Virus record (IMG/VR): IMGVR_UViG_3300031576_000021
Coordinates: 1 to 64,000 of that record
Direction: 5' to 3' (one strand)
Source of the DNA: a virus
Length of the DNA: 64,000 nucleotides
In this document: positions 49,712 through 57,982 of the stretch, in pieces
Layout of the letters: each line of letters opens with the position of its first letter
How positions within the stretch are numbered: position 1 is the first letter of the stretch
Notes under the pieces: generated by a model
Database searches by the model: none
What the model was told of the DNA's origin: nothing
Seen by the model: only the letters and a program-made list of their open reading frames with translations
Position numbers and translations under genes: made by a program

Positions 49712-49918
49712 ATCGTCTGGAAGCGCGGCACTTACGAAGCGACGACGGGGCTCGATGGACTGGTGCGTCGTCGAAGGCTCCACGATGCACTGCTGCCGCT
49801 GTGGCGCACGCAAGGACCTGAGCGACTACAACGGGAAAGAGATGCACGTCTTCCTGCTGTTCCTGAAGGCGCACGAGGAGGAGCATCGGCGCTGCCGGCC
49901 CAGAGAGGCGGGTGCGGC

Positions 49919-50845
49919 ATGACACGTGGGCAGCAAATCGTTGCGGGCTTCCGCGACTACTCGGACCCCGAGTTGCAGATACAACTCGCGCAGAAGATCG
50001 ACGAGGCGCTCGCCGTCACGGCCGTGTCGGTGAGTCACTACTGCTACCTGCCCCACTGCGGCTACATCTGCCCCAAGCATCGCGTGGTGCGCCAGTACGA
50101 GACCGTGCCGACCCCGCTCTCTGCGCTGCACCTCCCGACATGCAACGTCAACGGCTGCGGCGAGGTCCTGCTGTCGCTGTGTGCGTGTGACGACAAGGAG
50201 AATCGCGCCGAGATTGATCGCCTTGGGGCTGCCAGCCGCGAGGCCACTATACGCGCCGACCGTCTGGCCGAGCTGCTCTATCTCGAATCCAATGAGCGCG
50301 TGCTGGTGATGAAACGCCTACAGAATGCGGAAGCGGCGGCCCGGTGCTATCCGGGAGGCCCGGACGAGGTAGCGGATACGATCGACTCCCGCCGCGCCAA
50401 GCTCCCCGCGGGCCATTTGCCGTGCGGAGGGTGCGGCGGTCCGCACCGTTTTGATACGACGGTGCCGAGCGCAGCATGGAACGCCGTCATTCGGGCGGCC
50501 GGGCTCTCGGACTTCCTCTGCACAACCTGCATCGTCGAGCATTTCGTCACCGCCGGCATCAGCTTCACCGCCCAGCTATGGAGTACCGAGCCGGACTTCT
50601 ACGGCGTGCCGATCGAAGTGCGTGTGCGCGGGGAAGTGGCGCAGACGGCAGCGTTGGTGTCAGAAGAGAATACTGCACTGCGGTACGAGCGGAGCCAGCT
50701 TGTCGAGGAGCGCGACCGTCTGCGCTTCGCGGTGATTCAGACGCTAGGCGACGCACATCAGCTTGGGGAAGTATCGGATCGCTCCATCAAGTACTGCTCG
50801 GACGCCATCGCGAAGAAGCCGGCCGAGCCGACGGGAGGCGCATGA
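49919..50845 (+). CDS. Hypothetical Cys-rich/coiled-coil protein
   Basis: ATGA overlaps; several CxxC motifs. Confidence 0.5.
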   Translation: MTRGQQIVAGFRDYSDPELQIQLAQKIDEALAVTAVSVSHYCYLPHCGYICPKHRVVRQYETVPTPLSALHLPTCNVNGCGEVLLSLCACDDKENRAEIDRLGAASREATIRADRLAELLYLESNERVLVMKRLQNAEAAARCYPGGPDEVADTIDSRRAKLPAGHLPCGGCGGPHRFDTTVPSAAWNAVIRAAGLSDFLCTTCIVEHFVTAGISFTAQLWSTEPDFYGVPIEVRVRGEVAQTAALVSEENTALRYERSQLVEERDRLRFAVIQTLGDAHQLGEVSDRSIKYCSDAIAKKPAEPTGGA

Positions 50846-52521
50846 TCCACCTCGGCGCCGGGTTCCCGATCAATCTCGATCGCCTCATCAGCACGCGGCT
50901 CCTCGTCCAAGCGTCGAGTGGCGGCGGTAAGTCGTGGTGCCTCCGGCGCATCCTTGAGCAGACCCATGGGCATGTGCAGCAACTCGTGATCGATCCCGAG
51001 GGTGAGTTCGCGTCGCTCCGTGAGCGCTTCGACTATGTGCTGGCGTCCCCGAAGGGCGGCGACACGGCAGCGGACCCACGGACGGCCGCGTTGTTGGCCG
51101 AGCGGCTCCTTGAGCTGCGCGTCTCGGCGATCCTCGATCTCTACGACATGATGCCACGGGATCGCCCGGTCTTCGTACAGCGGTTCCTCGTGGCCATCAT
51201 CGAAGCCGACCGGAAGCTCTGGCACCCGGCACTCATCCTCCTCGACGAAGCACATGTGTTCGCGCCCGAGAAGGGTGACGCGGTGAGCGCCGACGCCGTC
51301 GCCGCGCTCATGTCCCGTGGGCGCAAGCGCGGATTCTGCGGCGGGCTCGCCACCCAACGGCTCTCGTCGCTCTCGAAGGACGCCGCCGCGCAGTGCCAGA
51401 ACGTGCTGATCGGCCGTACGACACTGGACACGGACATGAAGCGCGCGGCCTATTCCCTCGGCTTCACGGGCAAGCACAATGCGCAGCAGCTTCGTGACCT
51501 GGACGACGGGGAGTTCTTCGCCTACGGGCCCGCGCTCTCGCGCGCTGTGACGAAGGTGCGGGTAGGGCCCGTGCTGACGACGCACCCGAAGGCAGGCGGG
51601 AAGCAGGCGTTCAAGCCGCCGCCGCCGACCGCGCAAGTCAAGGCGCTCCTCCCCCAGCTCGCCGACCTCCCCGCCGAGGCCGAGGCCCGCGAGAAATCGG
51701 TAGCCGATCTGAAGGCCGAGCTAGCGCAGGCACGGCGGGAGATAGCCGCGGCCAAGCGGGCGCAGCCGACGCAACCCGTAGCGAAGGCCGAGCGGGTCGA
51801 GGTGCCCGTGGTGCTGCCTGCCGCCGTGAAGGCGCTCACGGCGGCCTGCGCCCAGCTCGAACGTGCCGCTGCGAAGCTCGCGCAGCACGGCGAAACCATA
51901 CGTGAGGATGGGCAGCGGGCGATGAGCGAAGGGAGCGCGATTCGCGTGGCTTTGATGAAAGCCACCCCGGCGCCGTCCCGCGCAGGTACGCCGCCGCCAG
52001 CTGTGCGAGTGGTGCCCCCTGCGCGACAACATGCCGTATCGCCCGGCAACGGAGACGCGCGCCTCGGTGGCGGCGAGCGTATCGTCCTCGTGGCTGTTGC
52101 GCAGTACACGCCCTCCAATGGAGGCGCCACCCGTGAGCAGGTGAGCGTCCTCACCGGCTACAAGCGATCGACGCGGGACGCCTATCTGAAACGGCTCGGT
52201 ACTCGTGGCTTCGTCGAGGTCGGCATCGATCGGGTGCTCGCCACCGACTCCGGGTTTGCCGTGCTCGGCAACGACTACACGCCACTCCCGATCGGCAATG
52301 CCCTGCGCGCCTACTGGCTGGCCCGGCTGCCCGAAGGCGAGCGGCGGTGCCTCGAAGCGCTGCCAGACCACCCGGTGGCCATTGAGCGCGAGGCCGTCGG
52401 CGACGTGACCGGGTACAAGCGCAGTACGCGCGATGCGTACCTCGGCCGGCTCGCGGCACGGCGACTCGTGGAGCCGGTTGGGCGCGGGCAGGTACGCGCC
52501 TGCGCGGAGCTGTTCGGATGA
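50842..52521 (+). CDS. HerA/DUF87-like ATPase with duplicated C-terminal winged-HTH
   Basis: ASSGGGKS, IDPEGEF, LLDEAH, RGRKRG, ATQR; TGYKRSTRDAYL x2. Confidence 0.8.
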   Translation: MIHLGAGFPINLDRLISTRLLVQASSGGGKSWCLRRILEQTHGHVQQLVIDPEGEFASLRERFDYVLASPKGGDTAADPRTAALLAERLLELRVSAILDLYDMMPRDRPVFVQRFLVAIIEADRKLWHPALILLDEAHVFAPEKGDAVSADAVAALMSRGRKRGFCGGLATQRLSSLSKDAAAQCQNVLIGRTTLDTDMKRAAYSLGFTGKHNAQQLRDLDDGEFFAYGPALSRAVTKVRVGPVLTTHPKAGGKQAFKPPPPTAQVKALLPQLADLPAEAEAREKSVADLKAELAQARREIAAAKRAQPTQPVAKAERVEVPVVLPAAVKALTAACAQLERAAAKLAQHGETIREDGQRAMSEGSAIRVALMKATPAPSRAGTPPPAVRVVPPARQHAVSPGNGDARLGGGERIVLVAVAQYTPSNGGATREQVSVLTGYKRSTRDAYLKRLGTRGFVEVGIDRVLATDSGFAVLGNDYTPLPIGNALRAYWLARLPEGERRCLEALPDHPVAIEREAVGDVTGYKRSTRDAYLGRLAARRLVEPVGRGQVRACAELFG

Positions 52522-52548
52522 GCGTGGGGTGGAGCATCCGCGGCGTCC

Positions 52549-52938
52549 GTGGTAGAGCGACCAGTGGAGGGGATGCGGATGGCGGATGGACGGGAGGGCG
52601 CAAGCAATGACCGGGTACGGGGTCCATGTCGCTACTGCCCGGCACAAATCATCTGGGGGTTCCACAAGCCGACGCGGCGGATGCTACTGTTCGACCAGGA
52701 ACTGTTCTGGCGCCGCGAGGTGCAGCCACGACGGCGGTGGTACCTCCTGCCCGATGCGCGTGGCTTCCGGGCGTACCTGGAGCACGAGGTGCCGGCCGGG
52801 AGCGACGTCAACCTCGATCGGGTCTATGTCGTCCACTTCGCGACCTGTCCCGGCCGCCGGCAGCAAAGCACTGAGCACCTGGAAGATGCCGTGCTGGCCC
52901 GCTACGAGGAGTATCGTCGGATGATGGTGACTCCATGA
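52549..52938 (+). CDS. Small Zn-finger protein, paralog of 49397-49711
   Basis: CRYCPAQIIW...VVHFATCP; true start may be further downstream. Confidence 0.6.
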   Translation: MVERPVEGMRMADGREGASNDRVRGPCRYCPAQIIWGFHKPTRRMLLFDQELFWRREVQPRRRWYLLPDARGFRAYLEHEVPAGSDVNLDRVYVVHFATCPGRRQQSTEHLEDAVLARYEEYRRMMVTP

Positions 52939-53072
52939 GCGTGATCCTGTGCGTGGCGGTAGTGACGGCTGCGGCCGTGTGGTGGGCAGCGCGATGATCC
53001 TGGCTAAGCGCGAGACCACGATGGGCATGGGCGTCACATGCGGACTCAAGTCGGTTGGCGAGGGGCGCGTCT

Positions 53073-53196
53073 ATGACGTCGCGCCATTGGTATCTGGTAT
53101 TCAGCACGCCGCGCGGCATCCTGCGGTACGCTGGGTCGATCACGCAGGCGAACCGAGCCGTGCTCGAGCGTAAGCGCAGCCTCACGCTCCACGTCT
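53073..53196 (+). pseudogene. 5' part of a 48-aa gene interrupted by the IS1-like element (3' part at 55799-55821)
   Basis: Removing the element and one TSD restores MTSRHWYLVF...LTLHVYGDVRYG*, whose end overlaps the next ATG at 55814. Confidence 0.65.
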
Positions 53197-53409
53197 GGTG
53201 CTGTCCTAATTCGGCGTGAAGTGTCCTAGTATGCGCGCCCATCGGCATGGACCCGATGGGCGACATCTCGGCGGAGCTGCTGACGGCCGACCAGATTGAG
53301 CCGGCGGGACTATCGGCAGACTTTCACGGGGTCTTTAGACGCCTCTCCTTATCACGCCATTCCGGGAAGCCAGGGGTGCTGTCCTACTTAGGACACTCCC
53401 GCATCGAAA

Positions 53410-54375
53410 TTAGGACAGTCCCCCCTTGATGACCCGCAAGTGGTTCGGGCGCGGTCCTCGCGGCCCGCGGAAGCTCCCCCGCCGCTCGCCCTTCGCCTGC
53501 GCGGCGGTGGACCCTGCCGGGATCGGCGCGGGCGCAGTCGGCTCCGGTGCCTCGAACGCGGCGTGCAGTAGCTCGGCGATCGACCACACGTGATCCGTCA
53601 GGCCCGCCTCCATGGCGGGAGTACACCGCAGCGTCTCGTGGACGCGGCAGAAGTTGAAGTGGGCGACGAACAGCCCCACGGCTGCTTCCAGGTTCCGCAG
53701 CCGCTTCGAATGCGAGATGGTCAACCGGGCGAAGCGCTTGAGCGACACGCGCACCGACAGATTCAGCCGCTCGCTGTAGGACGTGCTGATTTCCCCCCAG
53801 GCCGGATCGCCCAACACGGCAGTCTTGGTCACGCGACTGATCTTGCCGGGCGAGTAGCGCAACGCGGCCTGCTGCGCCTGGGGCACCGTGTAGTCCTTGT
53901 CCACGGTGCCGAAATCCACGTCGGCGCCGAAGTGCCGCGAGATGGCCTCGGGGTAGCCGTTCCATGCGTCGGTGCTGATCTGCGGACGGCCCAGCACCCG
54001 CAACCGGAGGTCCTGCGCGAACGCGTCGGCGTTGTCGCCCGTGCGCTTCCCGACCCGGTACGAGAGAATGAGCTTGGACACCGCGTCCATGGCGAGAAAG
54101 ACGTACTGGTCGCCGTACTCCCTCGGGTCGTCCTGCCGAAGCCGGCGCTGCTTCTTCTGCACGAACGTCCATAGCTCGTCGGCCTGGATGAGCGTCGCGC
54201 GCACGTCCCGCACGCGGGCATCGTGCAGCCGGGCGCACGCTTCGCCCACCGTGACGCCCAGCCGCATGATCGTGTCCCGGTGGACATCGAGCAGCCGCTC
54301 GGCCGCCCGAATGCTCACGCCGTCCACGAGGGCTGCGGCGACTTGGGCTTTCTTCTCAAATGGCAGCGTGTGCAT
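53410..54375 (-). CDS. IS1-family DDE transposase
   Basis: HTH (GVSIRAAERLL); ADELWTFV, ISTDAW, STSYSERLN, NFCRVH...TPAM. Confidence 0.9.
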   Translation of the reverse strand: MHTLPFEKKAQVAAALVDGVSIRAAERLLDVHRDTIMRLGVTVGEACARLHDARVRDVRATLIQADELWTFVQKKQRRLRQDDPREYGDQYVFLAMDAVSKLILSYRVGKRTGDNADAFAQDLRLRVLGRPQISTDAWNGYPEAISRHFGADVDFGTVDKDYTVPQAQQAALRYSPGKISRVTKTAVLGDPAWGEISTSYSERLNLSVRVSLKRFARLTISHSKRLRNLEAAVGLFVAHFNFCRVHETLRCTPAMEAGLTDHVWSIAELLHAAFEAPEPTAPAPIPAGSTAAQAKGERRGSFRGPRGPRPNHLRVIKGGLS

Positions 54376-54380
54376 GGGGA

Positions 54381-54446
54381 CATTTGTAGCTACAAACGCG
54401 CCACAAGTCAAGGGGTGGACTTCACGCCCATTTGTCGCTACAAACG
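54381..54446. promoter_or_regulatory. Divergent promoters with twin palindromic operators
   Basis: TTTGTAGCTACAAA at 54383-54396 and TTTGTCGCTACAAA at 54431-54444; TTGACT-17-TACAAA (-) and TGGACT-17-TACAAA (+). Confidence 0.75.
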
Positions 54447-54450
54447 GTTC

Positions 54451-54624
54451 ATGCCACGTCGCAAGGTCAAGGCCGAACGTAAGGAAGCGGTTGTCCGGTT
54501 GCGGGTGACGGAGGAACAGCGCCGCATGTTGTTCGCGGCAGCCCAGCACGCCGGGTTGGAGTTGAGCGCCTGGTTGCGTTCACTTGGGTTGCGGGAGGCC
54601 CGCCGAATCGAATCGTCCGCGTAG
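54451..54624 (+). CDS. Ribbon-helix-helix protein (MobC/DUF1778-like)
   Basis: RKEAVVRLRVTEEQRRMLFAAAQHAGLELSAWLR. Confidence 0.85.
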   Translation: MPRRKVKAERKEAVVRLRVTEEQRRMLFAAAQHAGLELSAWLRSLGLREARRIESSA

Positions 54625-54778
54625 GGGGGGGGCTTGCGGTCAAGGCTCGTGCGGATTAGGTGGCAGGGTCGCCGCCTGAAACCCTAAGCGCTTGGCTGAC
54701 TTGGGTGCGTCTTGGGTATGGCCTTGATCGCGGGAACGCGATAGGTAGGCCAAAGAGGGAAGAGAAGAGCCCCTTGGC

Positions 54779-54870
54779 GGCGAGGTGTGTGAGCCAGGTT
54801 GAAACAGTCGGACTCAAAATCCGGTGAGCGCTTACCCGCTCCGTCCGTTCGAATCGGACCCTCGCCGCCA
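54779..54870 (+). tRNA. Class II tRNA, anticodon CAA (nominally Leu) with a Ser-type body
   Basis: GGCGAGG/CCTCGCC acceptor, G73, encoded CCA; TCGGA-CT CAA AA-TCCGG; V arm GAGCG/CGCTC; GTCCG-TTCGAAT-CGGAC. Confidence 0.92.
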
Positions 54871-54957
54871 AGGCGCTTTTCTCTCGGTACGTGCCCCTTC
54901 TGCCCCTGCGCCAGCATGTGCTGCGTGCAAGCTGGCAGCGCGTGCTAGCTATCGCAT

Positions 54958-54986
54958 CTATTGGCCTGTTGCCGTCCTTGTGTCAA
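54958..54986 (-). promoter_or_regulatory. TTGACACAA-class promoter, antisense to the tRNA
   Basis: Reverse complement reads TTGACACAAGGACGGCAACAGGCCAATAG. Confidence 0.5.
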
Positions 54987-55283
54987 GCTGCGCTTGACTA
55001 GCCCGCGACCAACGGTCGCGCATGCTTGTTCGTGTTCCAACGCATTTCCCTAGGCTTAGCGGCGACCGTTCAACTTAGGACACTGGTTCATTCGACTTAG
55101 GACAGATAGCCCCTAATTCGGACAGCGTCAAGCCAGGCACCCGTTTGGGGCATTGGGGGGGGCTTGATCAATTGCGGTGCTTGATTAATTGTTAAGGGCC
55201 CCATATGTAGGGGGGGCAGGCCGCAGGGGCACTAGGGGGTCCAGGGAGGGGCCGTGGGGAAGTTGTAGGATTCGTAGCTCTGA

Positions 55284-55440
55284 GAGGCCGGATATTCCCC
55301 GACGATGCGTACTTTCGCGGCATGGCGCGATGCGGCCTCAAGCGATCGCGCCACACTCGCGTCGCGCCTCGTGCCATCCAGCTCGATGAAGAACATGTAC
55401 GTTTCCGGCTGCCCGTGAACCGGCCTGGAGATGATCACGG
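55284..55440 (-). pseudogene. pheA: Fragment of the prephenate dehydratase ACT domain
   Basis: VIISRPVHGQPETYMFFIELDG...VARSLE...VRIVGEYP matches the ESRP...Y.FF.D..G...LGSYP C-terminus of PheA. Confidence 0.7.
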
Positions 55441-55813
55441 AGGAGCTGCGTCTCGACGTCAAGCTCGCCCTGGTGGGCCATGATCGCGGCAGGATCAACG
55501 GGCCGCGCGGGGAATCGGTGCGTCGGATGAACACGACATCGACAGCTCGACGACGACAACCTCAACGGAGGACATATCTGGACGATTGCCGAGCTGGCGG
55601 ACGCGGCCCTGACTGCGTCCGACGCCGACGCCGCTCCCCACGCCAGATCAGCAGACGTTCCCCGGCATGAGCGCGGCACAGGCGAAGAACGATCCGAAGG
55701 GCGTCACGTTGCGGCGGCTCCGCCTCACGATAATAAGGGGCGGGCGGAAATGAAGACACGACGCGCGAGTGTCCTACTTAGGACAGCACCCCACGTCTAT
55801 GGGGACGTGCGGT

Positions 55814-56068
55814 ATGGGTGACGACCAGCTCCTCTATCGCGGACTCGGCGAGCGTCACGACGAGACGCACGAGTTCATCCGCAAGCGGATCGAGCTGGGG
55901 CTGTCCGTGGAAGGAGCCGCGCGGCGCATGGGACTATCGCCCGATGTTGTCGAGGCACTCGAAGCGGGCAATCTCGTGTGCCGGGACGCGGACGGCTGGA
56001 AGCGGGTCCTGGCCCTGCTCGACGATCCCGAGGCCGAAGACTTGACACAAGACGAGAGAACCGGCTAG
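55814..56068 (+). CDS. XRE-like HTH protein
   Basis: RKRIELGLSVEGAARRMGLSPDVVEALEAG. Confidence 0.75.
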   Translation: MGDDQLLYRGLGERHDETHEFIRKRIELGLSVEGAARRMGLSPDVVEALEAGNLVCRDADGWKRVLALLDDPEAEDLTQDERTG

Positions 56069-56071
56069 AGG
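56042..56071 (+). promoter_or_regulatory. TTGACACAA-class promoter
   Basis: TTGACA-18-TAGAGG. Confidence 0.5.
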
Positions 56072-56761
56072 GCAGCCCATGGGGTTCCTCTACATCGCGT
56101 CGCACGGCGAGGGTGACGAGCGGGAGTTCATCGGCGCGGTCGATCCCGTGACGCAAGAGTGGATGCCCTTTCTGGCCGAGACCGAGGATGACCTGGTGAC
56201 ACTGCGCGAGTATGCGCGGGCGTTTGCCGACCAGACCGGCGTGCGGGTGCTGCTCCGACGGTTCGAGACCGCCGCCGAGGAAATGATCGAGCCGTCGGGA
56301 GGGCATGATGGCGGAAGAGACGAGTCCGAAGCGCGGCCGGAAGCTGGTGAAGAATCGGCTACTGGCGCAGATCGACAAGGTGATGCGGGTCCTGGGCGAG
56401 ATGACGCCGGAGGAGCTGGCGTTGGCGAAGCCGCACCTGGAGAAGGAGTACCCAGCACTGTTCCGGTAGTATGCCGCATGGCCCCACTGGATCATCTTTG
56501 CGGGTGCGGCCACACCGCCGATCATCACATGTGGGCAACGGGATTCGGCCCATGTCTCACCGATCGTTACGAGCATCTGGGGGTTGAGCGGTCGTGCGTT
56601 TTCTTCGACGGTTGCAAACTGACCATCGCGTGTGTGATCGCCGTCGTGCATGAGCCCGGTGATTTGCCGGCCTTCATGACCGGCACCGCCGACGTGCTTC
56701 GGCATCCGTGCGGCCATGTTGCCCGAGGAGAGCGATGCCCTGGCGAGGTCGAGGTGCCAGT

Positions 56762-57121
56762 ATGACCGGCGCAGCGGCAGCGGCCCTGCTCGGGCTGGAA
56801 GCGGCGTACGTCGAGGCGATGGTGTCCCGCGACGCCGTGGCGTTGTGCGCGGCGGTGCCGGCCGCGTTCCGGGCGAAGGCTAAAGCAGCGCATCCGGATG
56901 CTGGCGGTACGGCGGGCGAGATGCGGCGCTTGATCGAGGCGCGCGACGTCCTGCTCGAATGGCGCCCGCGCCGGCCGATCCTTCGGCCGATCAAAGTCAA
57001 CGTGACCGAGGGCATGGCGATGCCGGTGGAGATGCGCGAGGCGCTTCACCGGGGATTCGTCGATGCGTGGGGCGAATACAAACGGACAGGACAACGGTCG
57101 AGAGTGACCGTGCGATGGTAA
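56762..57121 (+). CDS. Minimal J-domain protein
   Basis: AFRAKAKAAHPDAGGTAGEMRRLIEARDVL (HPD motif). Confidence 0.75.
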   Translation: MTGAAAAALLGLEAAYVEAMVSRDAVALCAAVPAAFRAKAKAAHPDAGGTAGEMRRLIEARDVLLEWRPRRPILRPIKVNVTEGMAMPVEMREALHRGFVDAWGEYKRTGQRSRVTVRW

Positions 57122-57131
57122 GGAGGGTCGG

Positions 57132-57410
57132 ATGAAGCCGAGACTGTATCTTCACGTGGTGTTCGATGCAGCGCAGAAGCTGTGGCAAGTGAAGCGGGCG
57201 AATCGGTCGCGGATGGCGCGTGCCGAGCGGGGCGCGATGCCCATCCGGCAGGAGCCGACGAAGTCCCTAGTGCTCGCGTGGGCGCGGATCTACGGCCGTG
57301 AGTGTTGGGACGTGCATCAGCAGCCCGTGCAGCTGGTCATTCACAATCGTAACGGTCGTTTCCAGCCGGATGCGACCTATGGGGCCGACCCCAGGAAGAG
57401 CAAGGGCTGA
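57132..57410 (+). CDS. DUF2188-like protein
   Basis: AAGGAGG RBS; WQVK...QLVIHNRNGRFQ...TYGADP...KG. Confidence 0.8.
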   Translation: MKPRLYLHVVFDAAQKLWQVKRANRSRMARAERGAMPIRQEPTKSLVLAWARIYGRECWDVHQQPVQLVIHNRNGRFQPDATYGADPRKSKG

Positions 57411-57982
57411 TGCTCGCCATCCTCGACAAGATCGCGGAGCTACGGCGCCGGCTCGTGTCGGAGGTATGGATCGAACGGGCAGCGGTAGCCCTCGCCGAAT
57501 CGTACTTGGCCGAAATGGCCGAGATCGCCGAGGTCGACGAGCAGCACCACAAGCTGGCGTGGGCCGAGCTACGGAACGTCGAGCGGGTGCTCGAAGGCAG
57601 TCAGACGGACCGGCAGGCCGAAGTCACAGGGAGTGCACCGGCCTACGGCCCCGGCTATACGCGCCCGTACCCGCCCGTCGTGGCGGAGAGGCTACTGACC
57701 GAGCTGGCGAAGCATCGGCGACTGTACGAAATGGAGCGCGGCGCGCGAGTCGACATGGAAAAGAAGGTGGCCGCAGTCGAAGCCACGATCCAGGCGCGCG
57801 TAGCGGAGGCGACGAAGACGATTCACGCGGCGATCGGCGCGTGCGAACTGCGCCTCGATGCGACGCAGGCGGCGCTCGCGAAGTCGCTGGCGGCTCACGA
57901 ATACGCGGTGCATCTCAAGACTTGTCGCCTAGCCCGAACCAAGCGGGGTCCGTGCAGCTGCGGACTGGCGGAACTGCTGTGA
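57410..57982 (+). CDS. Coiled-coil hypothetical protein
   Basis: TGATG coupling; C-terminal H..C...CSCG. Confidence 0.6.
   Translation: MLAILDKIAELRRRLVSEVWIERAAVALAESYLAEMAEIAEVDEQHHKLAWAELRNVERVLEGSQTDRQAEVTGSAPAYGPGYTRPYPPVVAERLLTELAKHRRLYEMERGARVDMEKKVAAVEATIQARVAEATKTIHAAIGACELRLDATQAALAKSLAAHEYAVHLKTCRLARTKRGPCSCGLAELL

Larger units (their letters stand above)
53197..55790. mobile_element. IS1-family-like transposon with passengers
   Basis: TIR GGTGCTGTCCTAA (13 bp, perfect) at both ends; 8-bp TSD CCACGTCT at 53189-53196 and 55791-55798; DDE transposase inside. Confidence 0.9.

Noticed and set aside
54779-54870. tRNA as a prophage attachment site
   Set aside because: It lies inside a TSD-bounded IS; no integrase or duplicated tRNA 3' end was seen in the window
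54656-54871. 71-aa minus-strand ORF
   Set aside because: It is the reverse complement of the tRNA gene and its leader
53373-55792. Alternative IS boundaries using the longer internal inverted repeat
   Set aside because: No flanking target duplication; boundaries 53197-55790 give a perfect 8-bp TSD and restore an ORF
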